From an uncultured virus (IMG/VR IMGVR_UViG_3300038312_000251) (Duplodnaviria > Heunggongvirae > Uroviricota > Caudoviricetes): DNA of 64,000 bases. The notes under the pieces are model-generated. The model was not told the origin of the DNA, searched no databases, and saw only the letters and a list, made by a program, of their open reading frames with translations. Positions 1-10,204 of the stretch are shown here, piece by piece. Made by a program: the position numbers and the translations under genes. How positions within the stretch are numbered: the stretch's first letter is position 1; the number at the start of each line of letters is the position of its first letter. The stretch lies in IMG/VR virus record IMGVR_UViG_3300038312_000251; one strand, given 5' to 3'.

Positions 1-114
1 AGGCTCTACCAAAGGGAACTTTCCTTTGAAGGGAATGATTTTGGACGGTTTTTTAAGAGCAACGTATTTACTTGCTCTTCCACCCATGACTGAAACAAGT
101 CTTTCTCTTCCCAT
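1..114 (-). CDS. hypothetical protein, 5' part only (runs off the window)
   Basis: ATG at 114, 4 nt after the stop of the 789-aa gene; open frame MGRERLVSVMGGRASKYVALKKPSKIIPFKGKFPLVEP to the window edge. Confidence 0.6.
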   Translation of the reverse strand, partial: MGRERLVSVMGGRASKYVALKKPSKIIPFKGKFPLVEP

Positions 115-118
115 AATC

Positions 119-2488
119 TTATTTTTTTACAATTACCTTACTTCGATTAAACACAATTAAAAATGAATTTGGGCCACCGTTACCGTGAGGCTCTACAATA
201 GCGTCATACCCTTTTAACGCTGCGTATGTACCAATTGCTTCTTTATTACCATTCCGAACCGATTCATAAATTCCAGAAATAATATCTCCATTCGGATTTT
301 TATTTTTCACGCTCTTTATATCACTCAAATCTTTATGAGCCTGATTCAAATCGTTCTTTATGGTTTTGATTTCATTTTGCAAATCGGTTGCTTTTGTTCC
401 AAGAGTTGTCAATTCTTTTTCAACTTCTTTTTGAATAACTCCATAATGATTAACCATAAGCCAATCTTGAAAACGTTTTACTGGATAATTGTAAGCCTTT
501 GTAAACGCATTCTTTTGTTTAATCGCATTATTTTCATATTGATATTTAGTCATCATAAAAGGCTCTTTGGAATTTGGAAGTTTAAAAACAAAAACGTCCG
601 TTCCTTTTCCTTTTTCAGTAACTGTTCCACCGTTCTTTTTAACCCAATCAAACATCTTAGTTTTAACGAAGTCATCAAATTTTGGATAATCAGGATTTCC
701 TTCATCATCCAATCTGCCCCAATCAGTGTTATCAATTTCCAATTGAGACATAACCAAAGTGTCTTCGTGCCAATGCATCTTATTCTTTACGGCTGTTTCA
801 GTGTCGACAGTAAGATTATTATAATCGTTTTGAACCTTACCTAATTGACTGTCTAAAGTGTCAATTTCAGATTGTTTAGCATCTGCGGCTGCTTTATCAA
901 AAGAAACTAAAGACAGTATTTCCTTTTTTACATCACTAACTAAAGCAACCTTTGAATTTGGTTCAAGACAGCATTCAAGAATGGCTCCTGACCTACCAGC
1001 GTATGAACGTGCAGCATTATAAGCATCGGAACTCTTATATGTAGTTGGGGTGTTGCTTTTATCACTTGTTCCGTCATTTACGTGAGCATAAATTCCAGAA
1101 CCGTGAATACCAATAGTTCCATAAAAACAATTGTCATTGTATTTAAAATCATCGGCATAATAATCAGCATCTTTGTGATGAGCTGATATTCCACGGAAAA
1201 ATTGATACTTAGATTTTTTTACTTCATTCCAATATTCAGCATCATCTACAACCTTTGGTCTCGCATCAAACCCTCTTTCTTTACAAATAGAACTCAAAAG
1301 CTCCCAACCAACGGTATAATTAGTTGCGTTTATTTTATCATAATAATTGCTGCCTGATTGTCCTTTCCAAAAAGCATCTTGTTCATCATCAGAAAAAACT
1401 TTATACATATCAGCGTCACTCTTTAACTTTCTTGGAACTATCTTTCTATTCCCTTTGTTGATTTGAGCTTCCAGATTGTTTTTTATTGATTCTAATGAAT
1501 TAAAACGCTTCTTGAATTTGTCAGCCATAGTCTTATCGCCACTTTCTTCAAGATAATTTATGACGTCATCTTTCTTTTTAAGAACTTCCGTTATTTGATT
1601 TACATAATCCTGTTTTGACAAATTAGCAACAACTTGCGGATTGTATTGTTGCATTGAATCAAAATCAGTAACCGTATCTGAAAAAGTTTTTGAAGCTCCT
1701 TGAGCTCTGAAATGTAACGCTCCGCCATTATCTACACGAACAACCCTTCCAGCTGAATCAATCAAACAATTATCATTTTGATAAATATCCCAATTAGCCA
1801 AAAGAGCATCTACAACAAACCCCTTTGCCATTTCATCATAATCCTTTGAACTTGGCATTTTGGTGATTGGAATAAACTTCGATAGCATCACCGCTTCTCC
1901 GTTTTCTTCGTATAATTCATAATCAGGAACTCTCAATCCCATAAGGTCATAAAGTTGATTAGTCAAATACTCTCCACGAATGTGGTCGCTTGAAGTATTA
2001 ACCCCCTTCTTCATAACATATTGGTTTCCCTTGCTGTCTTCTACTAATTCAGCTCCAGTACTTCCACCAAGTCTTTTAATAACCTTTAAACTGCTTAAAT
2101 CCTGCGGAAAAAGTTCATTTACAAATTTTTGTTTAGCTCCTATTTTTTGGTCGTCATCAACCTGTTTGCCAACTTTCTTTTGACCCTTATAAACACGCCA
2201 ATCGTAAGGAGTTTTTGCATTTGGAGTTGCTGTGTAAACGTACATAACTCCATCTACAACCTTTGTTTGACCTGGAATGACCGCTTTTGTAATTTCTTCA
2301 TCAGGCTCAACTCCATGTATATGGTCGTATAAAGATTTTGCTACACATATATTGTATTCGTAAGAATCATCAAAATCAGATGACCTTATTTTATATGAAT
2401 CGCAAGCCTTTATTAAAAGGTCATCAGAAACTTCGCCAACCGAATTTCCCTCAGCAATTTTATTTAACGCAATTCTGATGTCTTCCAT
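119..2488 (-). CDS. multidomain putative virion protein: PI3/4-kinase/HipA-like kinase plus ADP-ribosyltransferase-like C-terminal region
   Basis: kinase-like motifs LGGSTGA, YVMKK, DALLANWD, NCLI, RVDNGG; C-terminal QFFRG / GSGIY / GYDAI...VFNR resemble an ART-fold domain; divergent DWR module at aa 68-98. Confidence 0.6.
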   Translation of the reverse strand: MEDIRIALNKIAEGNSVGEVSDDLLIKACDSYKIRSSDFDDSYEYNICVAKSLYDHIHGVEPDEEITKAVIPGQTKVVDGVMYVYTATPNAKTPYDWRVYKGQKKVGKQVDDDQKIGAKQKFVNELFPQDLSSLKVIKRLGGSTGAELVEDSKGNQYVMKKGVNTSSDHIRGEYLTNQLYDLMGLRVPDYELYEENGEAVMLSKFIPITKMPSSKDYDEMAKGFVVDALLANWDIYQNDNCLIDSAGRVVRVDNGGALHFRAQGASKTFSDTVTDFDSMQQYNPQVVANLSKQDYVNQITEVLKKKDDVINYLEESGDKTMADKFKKRFNSLESIKNNLEAQINKGNRKIVPRKLKSDADMYKVFSDDEQDAFWKGQSGSNYYDKINATNYTVGWELLSSICKERGFDARPKVVDDAEYWNEVKKSKYQFFRGISAHHKDADYYADDFKYNDNCFYGTIGIHGSGIYAHVNDGTSDKSNTPTTYKSSDAYNAARSYAGRSGAILECCLEPNSKVALVSDVKKEILSLVSFDKAAADAKQSEIDTLDSQLGKVQNDYNNLTVDTETAVKNKMHWHEDTLVMSQLEIDNTDWGRLDDEGNPDYPKFDDFVKTKMFDWVKKNGGTVTEKGKGTDVFVFKLPNSKEPFMMTKYQYENNAIKQKNAFTKAYNYPVKRFQDWLMVNHYGVIQKEVEKELTTLGTKATDLQNEIKTIKNDLNQAHKDLSDIKSVKNKNPNGDIISGIYESVRNGNKEAIGTYAALKGYDAIVEPHGNGGPNSFLIVFNRSKVIVKK

Positions 2489-2493
2489 ATCTT

Positions 2494-4164
2494 TTAATCT
2501 TCACCCAATAATAACATTTCAGCTTTTTCTAAAGTCATATCATCGTCTTCAAATAAATCAATCGGTTGAGACTTTTTAATTTTCTTTGAAGATGTTTTAG
2601 GTTCAGAATTGAACAATTCAATTTCATTCTGAAAATCATCAAATAAAGTTTCTTCCGCTTTCTGCAACTCATCTGATATTTCAAAATTGCCGAAATCAAC
2701 ATCTGCGGCTTTCGTAATGGTTGATACTGCTTTTTCTTTCCAGTCCTTTTCGTCTGCGCCAATCATGCTTGCAAACGCTGGATTTTTACGCTTGGCATTT
2801 GCGTTATCAACCTTACGTTTATTGATAAGTACCTCTTGAAACGTTCTGGTAGTAAATTGAGCTGGGTCAATATTATTTTGATTTTTCTTAATCAGGTTTA
2901 AAATTTCATCACGCTCTTTTCTATCTTCATGTTCATCATCCAATCTTGGAGCTTGTTTAAATTCATAATCCTGATAACGGTTTTCCATCACCTCAATCGT
3001 TTCTGGAATAGTCATGTAAATTTCAGATACCATCATAGCACGACTAATAATTGCTTTACTGTCTTCATTCTCCGAAAGGTCGGCAAGATTTTTGTTAGTC
3101 ATAACTATAATCCTACCAGTGAATTCAAAGTTTTGCTTGATATCATCAGGGTCACCAACCATTCTAACTCCAGTGGTAGCAGTAGCTTTCTTCATAACAG
3201 CCGCACAATCTGTTCTTCTCAAAACTTTATCATTATCGTCAAAAACAATAATTTTACCGTTATGAGCTTTCAAGATGTTCAAAAGTTGTTTTCCGCTGTT
3301 TACGTCTGGAGCTTCAAAATAATCATAATCTCCATCGCCAGGTGAGTCACCTTCTCCGAAAGGCTTTTTGTTGAGAAGTTCAGCAATTTTAGTGAAACCA
3401 TAAGATTTACCAACGCCTGCTCCACCTGCTGAAATCATGAATCTTTGTTCATCATTATCCAAGAACTCCAAATATTGTTCATTTAGGTCTTGAACAACTT
3501 CCACTGGATTCATGTAATCCTTTTCTTTTTTCTTTTCCTTGAAAACAAATTGGTCGTATTTAATGCGTCCATCTTTTGTTTTAAGATTAAACATTTTCTT
3601 GACACGGTCATCGTTTTTATCAAGATACCACTTTTCAGTCACCTTATTTACAACATCGTCATCGTCAGTATCAACGTCCGTATCATCATCCGTACCAGCA
3701 GCGACAGTTGGATTATGCGCAGAACCTGTCATTTTCATAAGCTGTCCAAGAGAACCAGATGTGTCGATTTTAGACATATCATAACCTCTTTTTTCAAGCT
3801 CATCATATGCAATCTTTCGCATCTGAGCATTTCCACTCTTGCTATTAGCAACCTTTATTAAATTAGCTTCATCAGTCTTTGTAACCCAAACTAAAAGTTT
3901 TTGAGTATCCATAGGTTTACCTTGACCCCTTGCTTTTGCGTTTGCTATCTGTTGAGATGAAGGTTTGGAAGGAGTTTTTTTTGAAGAGTCATCGGAACTT
4001 GAAGAAGAACCGCTTCCATCTCCACCAGACTGAGTTTTGTTTTTAGCTGGTCTCCAGTCAAATTTACCAGGTTTGTACTCTGTCCAAGCCCATTTACCAT
4101 TGGGGTGCATATCCCCAACTTGTCTTTGAACAGCCTTTTCGATTAAATCTTCATTCTTTACCAT
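2494..4164 (-). CDS. P-loop (AAA-like) ATPase with N-terminal HP-W-W-DWR module
   Basis: Walker A GGAGVGKS, Walker B IIVFDD, sensor-like IVMTN. Confidence 0.7.
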   Translation of the reverse strand: MVKNEDLIEKAVQRQVGDMHPNGKWAWTEYKPGKFDWRPAKNKTQSGGDGSGSSSSSDDSSKKTPSKPSSQQIANAKARGQGKPMDTQKLLVWVTKTDEANLIKVANSKSGNAQMRKIAYDELEKRGYDMSKIDTSGSLGQLMKMTGSAHNPTVAAGTDDDTDVDTDDDDVVNKVTEKWYLDKNDDRVKKMFNLKTKDGRIKYDQFVFKEKKKEKDYMNPVEVVQDLNEQYLEFLDNDEQRFMISAGGAGVGKSYGFTKIAELLNKKPFGEGDSPGDGDYDYFEAPDVNSGKQLLNILKAHNGKIIVFDDNDKVLRRTDCAAVMKKATATTGVRMVGDPDDIKQNFEFTGRIIVMTNKNLADLSENEDSKAIISRAMMVSEIYMTIPETIEVMENRYQDYEFKQAPRLDDEHEDRKERDEILNLIKKNQNNIDPAQFTTRTFQEVLINKRKVDNANAKRKNPAFASMIGADEKDWKEKAVSTITKAADVDFGNFEISDELQKAEETLFDDFQNEIELFNSEPKTSSKKIKKSQPIDLFEDDDMTLEKAEMLLLGED

Positions 4165-4214
4165 AATGACTACGTTATTACATTATTCGACTTATGATAA
4201 AGATAATAACTGCT

Positions 4215-5645
4215 TCAATCTGTTTCCCACTCAATTGGAAGTTGTATGTTATAAAAACCTTCCATTATTTCATAAGTTATCTTTTTAACATTATCTGAAT
4301 CTTTACCTTTTTCAAGTTCTTTATTAACTAATTTCTCACCGCCTTTCACCAATCTTATAACTTCTTCCATATTAGTTTTTGCGTTGAATAATTCATGAAC
4401 TAATTCAAAATTGAATTTTGTATCTTTCAAATATTTTGCAGGAGACATTTTCAACGCTTTTTTGAGAGCATCGGCAAATTGCTTTGGAGTTGCGTCCCAT
4501 GGAATAATGATTGCTCTTATGTTTTCAAATAATGGGTCATACATTTCCTCTCCGTTATCCTTAACCAACCCTTTATAGTCACGCAAAACTGGATAACAAC
4601 CGCTTAACATCGCCTCAATTATAAAACCATTTATATGAGTGCGACAATAATTAGCATAATGAGCTGCCCATGAAGGGTCAACCGCAAACTTACTATTAAA
4701 AAGATTTTCCCGAACTTCTTCACCGCTTATCTGACCCAAATATTCCATTCCAAACTTTTCTCCAACGTCCCAAATCTTTTCTCCTAAATATTTATCATCA
4801 ATATCTGGGTCACGTTTCCTACTGACTTTGTAAACCTCTTTACATTTTTCAGGGGCAACCATATACGCTTGTTCAATTCCAGAACCTGCTATTTTAACGG
4901 TATTGTTTTTCAAATGAGGAACGGCTCTAATTAAATCATCAACGTGTTTCATTGATTTAAAAATATGAGCAGCGAAAAAATCTGTTTCTCTTTTGTTCAT
5001 CATTTTAATAGGCATCTTATCTTTTTCGTCCAAATATCTGGGATTCAAAAGTAATGTTCTTGGAATACCTATATGTTCACAACAACGATAAGCTGCTATA
5101 TGAGCGCATTCAAGGAACAATATCTTATCTTTCAACGCTGTTATATTACTTGCCCTAACGTCAAAATAAGCGTCATGAACGATAAACATCTGCTTAATCT
5201 TATCAGTTGGCAAATCATAAAACTTCCACCAAAAACTAAAATCACCCTTTCCCCAAGCACTTGACTTTGTTGGCATGAAATTCCAAATTATAAGGTCAAA
5301 ATCTTTCACAAGATTTCCCCATCTTTCTAAAGCATTTTTTTCAAATACTCCAATACGATTGCTGGGTGGTAAGAAAAACCCATAATAATTATTTTTCCAA
5401 TACCCTGTCGCATCGTCATATTCATAACCGCCATTTTGAGAATTAATTTTCAACTTATTTTGAAAACGTCCGCTTTCAAACTCTTTCAACTTATTATCAT
5501 AGGTTTTTTGAGTAGTTGACGCAACCGATAATTGAGCTATATCAACATGGTGACCCATCGATTTTAAAGCTCTGACCTTTGCTGTTACGTGTTCTATGAT
5601 TCCACCGTATTTCGCAATTTCAAAATCCGCTATTAGTATATTCAT
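4215..5645 (-). CDS. GT-B fold glycosyltransferase (GT4-like)
   Basis: MNILI...YGGI..H N-terminus, K..K.VDDLIRA, PS...E-AMLSGC donor-binding signature. Confidence 0.75.
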   Translation of the reverse strand: MNILIADFEIAKYGGIIEHVTAKVRALKSMGHHVDIAQLSVASTTQKTYDNKLKEFESGRFQNKLKINSQNGGYEYDDATGYWKNNYYGFFLPPSNRIGVFEKNALERWGNLVKDFDLIIWNFMPTKSSAWGKGDFSFWWKFYDLPTDKIKQMFIVHDAYFDVRASNITALKDKILFLECAHIAAYRCCEHIGIPRTLLLNPRYLDEKDKMPIKMMNKRETDFFAAHIFKSMKHVDDLIRAVPHLKNNTVKIAGSGIEQAYMVAPEKCKEVYKVSRKRDPDIDDKYLGEKIWDVGEKFGMEYLGQISGEEVRENLFNSKFAVDPSWAAHYANYCRTHINGFIIEAMLSGCYPVLRDYKGLVKDNGEEMYDPLFENIRAIIIPWDATPKQFADALKKALKMSPAKYLKDTKFNFELVHELFNAKTNMEEVIRLVKGGEKLVNKELEKGKDSDNVKKITYEIMEGFYNIQLPIEWETD

Positions 5646-6508
5646 CGTTTCATACCTTTATTCCAACCCTTCGGAACTGATTCACTTTGGAACATCATCT
5701 TGTTTTCAACTCCATTGTTTATCCATATTCTTCCAGTTGTTGTACCATAATTTATTCGGTCTTTTCTCTTCTTTCTTTTAACTCTGTAAGGCATCCTTCC
5801 ATACCTCCATCCTTGAGGCATTTCTTGACCTTCATGTAACCAAGAGTTGCTCAAACCGTTGGTTATTGATTTTCTATTAGAAGCAGTTGATGATAGCTTA
5901 TTTCTTCTATCTTCACTCCATTTAACACCTTTATGTGTTTCTGAAACTCTCTTTTTGGTATAATCAGATACTGTTTTACCAATTCTAAATTCAGACAACT
6001 TTGCTTTTGTTTCTTCTGTATGTTTCTTACCATAGAACGGATTATTTTCTCCCTTCGTTGCTTCTGAAATTAGCTTCTTGGTTACATTTGATTGACTCTT
6101 TCCGTACATAGGATGTTTATCTCCAACGAACTTACCTTTCATGGATGCACTTATTTTTGCTTTAACCTGTTCGCTCATCTCATTAACATCAAAGATAGTG
6201 GCTTTATCAATTAAATTGTAACCAATTTCAGGATTTATTGAATCATATTTCAAAATGTATAATACTTCAATATTGTTGACTTTCTTAATATCATCTGTTT
6301 CTATCTTGAGTAATACATCCCTTTTGTATAATTTTCTCCAATAACCTCCTAAACGTTCTTTATCTTTCAACTGTAATTCTTTTATTTCAGAACCGCTTCC
6401 TACATACCAAGGGTCAAGATTTTTTAAGTTCTTGACCCTATGTTGCCCTATGTAGATTTTCTTAGTAGGCAGATATGTTGTCTTGTAAATTATAAAAAGC
6501 ATAATCAA
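5642..6508 (-). CDS. GIY-YIG homing endonuclease with NUMOD3 repeats (Seg-like)
   Basis: IIYKTT...IYIGQH, Y.GSG, NPFYGKKHTEETKAKLS, C-terminal W/SI.NG...P.GW..G repeats. Confidence 0.9.
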   Translation of the reverse strand: MIMLFIIYKTTYLPTKKIYIGQHRVKNLKNLDPWYVGSGSEIKELQLKDKERLGGYWRKLYKRDVLLKIETDDIKKVNNIEVLYILKYDSINPEIGYNLIDKATIFDVNEMSEQVKAKISASMKGKFVGDKHPMYGKSQSNVTKKLISEATKGENNPFYGKKHTEETKAKLSEFRIGKTVSDYTKKRVSETHKGVKWSEDRRNKLSSTASNRKSITNGLSNSWLHEGQEMPQGWRYGRMPYRVKRKKRKDRINYGTTTGRIWINNGVENKMMFQSESVPKGWNKGMKR

Positions 6509-7167
6509 AATGGTAATTTTTTATAAACCTCTTCTGGCAATTCCTTTTTGATATATCCATTTTCAAAGAATAAAAGCCCAGATTGCGACTTGTAAAATTT
6601 TGAAGCAAGTTTAAACTTGACCTCATGAAATTCTTCAACTGGCACGGAACGAACTAAAAAATATTCATCCAATTGTTTTTGAACTTGAGGTTGAGAACGT
6701 CTTTTATAAGAATGAGGAAATTCCCTATAATATTCCATTCTGTATTCAAAATGCTCTTCAAGAACATATCTAACAAAAAAATGAAAAGGGTGACCCACCC
6801 CCCAAGGAGACATCACCCTGTATTCTCTATTCCTTTTTAAAAAGTCACTGACCCACTTTACAAGCACGTCCGCTATTTCTTTCAGTTTATCTTTACCGAA
6901 ATACTCATTAAGATGTTCAAAGGCAGTTTCCTGATTTACTTCTTTGTATTTTTTATGAAAACCGTAATAACTTTCATCTTTAAAATCTACATCCAAATGA
7001 TGAAAAGGAACGTTTATAAAATCAAACAATTTTTCATCTTCCAATATTCTCTTTGAGTCATTTTCTACCGTTAAAACTTGAACTTCATATTCTGGTAAAA
7101 AAAGAGTATGAGAACAACAAAACAACGCATCATCAGAATGCGGTGAAACAATTAACAATTTTTCCAT
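6505..7167 (-). CDS. PIG-L/LmbE-family de-N-acetylase
   Basis: VSPHSDD metal-binding motif, GHP.H motif (GHPFH), K...Y.SQ motif. Confidence 0.8.
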   Translation of the reverse strand: MEKLLIVSPHSDDALFCCSHTLFLPEYEVQVLTVENDSKRILEDEKLFDFINVPFHHLDVDFKDESYYGFHKKYKEVNQETAFEHLNEYFGKDKLKEIADVLVKWVSDFLKRNREYRVMSPWGVGHPFHFFVRYVLEEHFEYRMEYYREFPHSYKRRSQPQVQKQLDEYFLVRSVPVEEFHEVKFKLASKFYKSQSGLLFFENGYIKKELPEEVYKKLPF

Positions 7168-7168
7168 T

Positions 7169-7969
7169 TTATTTTACAATTTTATTTTTAAAAATCATTC
7201 CTTTAAACCATCCTTTCGGAATATCAGAATTAATGAGAAGCCTTTTATTTGACTCACCATTGTTTATCCATATAAACCTTGAACCATACATAGGATTATT
7301 AGAACCTGAAAAATCTGCATGATGTTCAGAAATTTTTCTCCTCGCTTCCATACTTAATTTTTTACCTTTCATTGGACTCACTTTCCCCTTACAACTTTCT
7401 GAAATCTTATTTTTGGTTGCTTGTGTAACTGAATGTCCTTTCATCGCTTCACTAATCTTCCTTTTATGTTCATAACTAAATGATTTGCCGAATAATGGAA
7501 ATTCTTTACCAGTCTTACCAAACCAAACATTTCTTTCACCTATTTTACTAATGCTCATTAACTTCTTAGTTTCTTCACTATGTTGTTTACCATACATTGG
7601 GTTGTTTCTTGGGTCTGATAATCGTTTCTTTGTTGCTAAACCAACTTTTATTTTATTTATCTTATAATCCATTGGATTATCTTCTAAAATATCCCCTTCA
7701 ATCCAATTGTATCCATGAGGAAATAAAGTACCAAACTTTTTTATGTATATCTTCTCTAACTTTCTTACCTTTGAAACATCATCCGTTTCTATTTTACAAA
7801 TAATTTTACGTTTGAAGTTTTCTTTGCCGTGCTTCTTAATAGCTCGTTTTAAAAGTGTTCCCGAACCAATGTAATTTGGGTCTAAAGTTACTGTATTGGA
7901 TACTTTATGCCTTCCAACATATTGAACTCCGTTTATTAAACAAGTTGTCAAATATATTACATGAATCAT
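7169..7969 (-). CDS. GIY-YIG homing endonuclease with NUMOD3 repeats
   Basis: VIYLTT...YVGRH, YIGSG, NPMYGKQHSEETKK, WINNG...PKGW. Confidence 0.9.
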   Translation of the reverse strand: MIHVIYLTTCLINGVQYVGRHKVSNTVTLDPNYIGSGTLLKRAIKKHGKENFKRKIICKIETDDVSKVRKLEKIYIKKFGTLFPHGYNWIEGDILEDNPMDYKINKIKVGLATKKRLSDPRNNPMYGKQHSEETKKLMSISKIGERNVWFGKTGKEFPLFGKSFSYEHKRKISEAMKGHSVTQATKNKISESCKGKVSPMKGKKLSMEARRKISEHHADFSGSNNPMYGSRFIWINNGESNKRLLINSDIPKGWFKGMIFKNKIVK

Positions 7970-8898
7970 TTTGAAACCTTTATATTTAACTTAACATTTT
8001 TAAGCTTAGGGTGTTTTGAATTTATTTTCTTTGGAATAGTGAAAGCTCTTAATTCTGAATCCCAATCATAATTTTTAGGTTTATTATTTATTTGACACCT
8101 ACAATATGGATGTACAGGTGGAACTACTGGTAAATAATCCTTAACCTTTCTTCCAATATTATTACCATTTGCTATTATGTCTTTTAACTTAAAAATAATA
8201 GGTTCACTGTCTGGGTCTTCAGGGTCAATCAAATAAAGTTCTTTACAATGTTTACAAGCTCCAATAAAAACATCGAAATATACCTCAGCGTCCGCTCCAT
8301 AATTTTTAAAAATACTTTGTGCCCTTCCTTGATTATATGCCTCCGCAGTCAAGAAATATGCGATACGGAGCCAATCAACTTCCCAATCCTTAGAAGTGTT
8401 AGCAAGGTCAGCAGCAAGTCCTCTTGCTCCCAAACGTAATTCAACCGCCTTTATAGTTTTTTTCTGTATAATCTTTTGAACCAATAAAGACTGCTGTTGA
8501 TTATTTCTCAAAGCTGAATTGCTCAAAGAAGTTCTCATCCTATTTCCTAAATTGGTTATATCGGTGTACGCTCTTTGTTTAACAGTTTGTAACGCAAATT
8601 CTTCTTCTTCCGTCAAAGGAATAAAATTTCCAGAGGCAAGAAATTTCTTAAAATTGGCGTATGACATTTTTTTAGCTCTGTCATCTCCGATAGCTTCAGC
8701 CAAAATGCCAAACAGAAAGGCATGTTCAATAATACCCTTTTTGTTTTTGTATTTATCTAAATCAATTCCTGCTGCTTTCAATATATCTTTATCGTTTTGA
8801 GAAAGAAAATCAAGCCCCAGTTGACCTGCGATAAAAATCAGCTCATATCTCTTTAGAACTGATAACATATCATGTATTTGCCCCTGATTGAAAATCAT
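7966..8898 (-). CDS. MuF/SPP1 gp7-like minor head (morphogenesis) protein
   Basis: RIA..T..AYNQG, C..C and PPVHPYCRC signature. Confidence 0.75.
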   Translation of the reverse strand: MIFNQGQIHDMLSVLKRYELIFIAGQLGLDFLSQNDKDILKAAGIDLDKYKNKKGIIEHAFLFGILAEAIGDDRAKKMSYANFKKFLASGNFIPLTEEEEFALQTVKQRAYTDITNLGNRMRTSLSNSALRNNQQQSLLVQKIIQKKTIKAVELRLGARGLAADLANTSKDWEVDWLRIAYFLTAEAYNQGRAQSIFKNYGADAEVYFDVFIGACKHCKELYLIDPEDPDSEPIIFKLKDIIANGNNIGRKVKDYLPVVPPVHPYCRCQINNKPKNYDWDSELRAFTIPKKINSKHPKLKNVKLNIKVSK

Positions 8899-9101
8899 AA
8901 CGTTTCACCCTTTGATTCAAATTTAATTTTCACAGTCTGTTCTGGTAAAATAGTATCGTGACTACCGTTCCAAATCTTATCAGGAATATCACCGCCAAAT
9001 GCAGCGCATCTTTTTTCTCCTAAATACCAAAGACAGTTTTCACACTTTGATTCAAATTCAGGATTTATTTTAGTGTCTTCTTTTATAACAGTTTTTTTCA
9101 T
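8895..9101 (-). CDS. small Cys-rich protein
   Basis: CxxC...CAAF..IP..I...H motif; ATGA overlaps on both sides. Confidence 0.65.
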   Translation of the reverse strand: MKKTVIKEDTKINPEFESKCENCLWYLGEKRCAAFGGDIPDKIWNGSHDTILPEQTVKIKFESKGETL

Positions 9102-10195
9102 ATCTTTGGAGTTGTTGTTTTGAAATATTTATCCATAAAATCATAAACATACTTCGGCAATTCTTTATCTTTATGAACATAAGCTACAAAAGATTCAGCA
9201 AAAAATTCAGCTGGTTTAACTGTTGAATATTCCGAAATACATTTACTACCTTTTATATACTTTGAGAACGTTTCATTTCGCTCTTTATTCAAAACGGAAC
9301 ATTTATTCAAATAATCTTTTGTTCTGGAATTGGGTGAAAAACGATGTCCACAACCGCCTGAACATTGAGAATTTAAAATATGTCCCATTTCATGAATTAT
9401 GATATCTTGAGTCAAAGTGTCAATTTCTCCCATAGTCCATCTTGGAAACTTTTTAGCCTTGTCTTCCAGCATTGTTTTAGTTTCCTGCAAATCACTTACA
9501 TCTGCTTTCTGATTAACGGACAAAGCCTTTTTGATTTGTCTATCTATATAATCAATACCGTCAGACATTCTTTTCCTATATTTAACGGTAACATTATCAT
9601 AGTATCGTTTTCTATCAAAATTTTTAAAATAATCAGAATTAACTTCAATCAATTGACCGCTTATGGCCTGCATTGTAGCTCCGCTTAATTTTCTCATCCG
9701 TACAGTTATGGGCTCGAATTTAAAGACATCTTTTAAATTCATCAAAGTGCTACAAATACTTTTAGCTGAATCTAAATCGCAATTTGATAAATCAGATTGT
9801 TTAGTAACCACTCCCTCATTTATTATAAAATCAACACAATCTTTTGAAGTTTTTAAAGAATTAATTTCTGGACGAATTTCCCAAATTTGAATCTTTTTGT
9901 TCTTAGAACTTAAAACCCTCCAATCAAACTTTCCTGGTTTATATTCAGTCCAAACCCAACTTGAATGTTTAGGGTGAACATCTCCTACGTTCTTAGCCTT
10001 TTCAAAAATATCGTCATCTTTATCAATTCCATCCTTAATGGCTGAAGCAGTGGTTTTAGCTAAATACTTCAAAAGCTCCCCAACCGCTTCAGCCGTATTC
10101 TCATTCCAAACAGAAATAAACTCATTCTCATATTGAGTAACCGCTGGAAATTTTGAAGGAATGAAGTGACTTTGTTTGGTCTGTTTTTTAGCCAT
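9098..10195 (-). CDS. zincin-like metallopeptidase with HP-W-W-DWR module
   Basis: HEMGH and downstream SEY...EFFAESF; module at aa 66-93. Confidence 0.75.
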   Translation of the reverse strand: MAKKQTKQSHFIPSKFPAVTQYENEFISVWNENTAEAVGELLKYLAKTTASAIKDGIDKDDDIFEKAKNVGDVHPKHSSWVWTEYKPGKFDWRVLSSKNKKIQIWEIRPEINSLKTSKDCVDFIINEGVVTKQSDLSNCDLDSAKSICSTLMNLKDVFKFEPITVRMRKLSGATMQAISGQLIEVNSDYFKNFDRKRYYDNVTVKYRKRMSDGIDYIDRQIKKALSVNQKADVSDLQETKTMLEDKAKKFPRWTMGEIDTLTQDIIIHEMGHILNSQCSGGCGHRFSPNSRTKDYLNKCSVLNKERNETFSKYIKGSKCISEYSTVKPAEFFAESFVAYVHKDKELPKYVYDFMDKYFKTTTPKI

Positions 10196-10204
10196 AAAAA
10201 TAGA

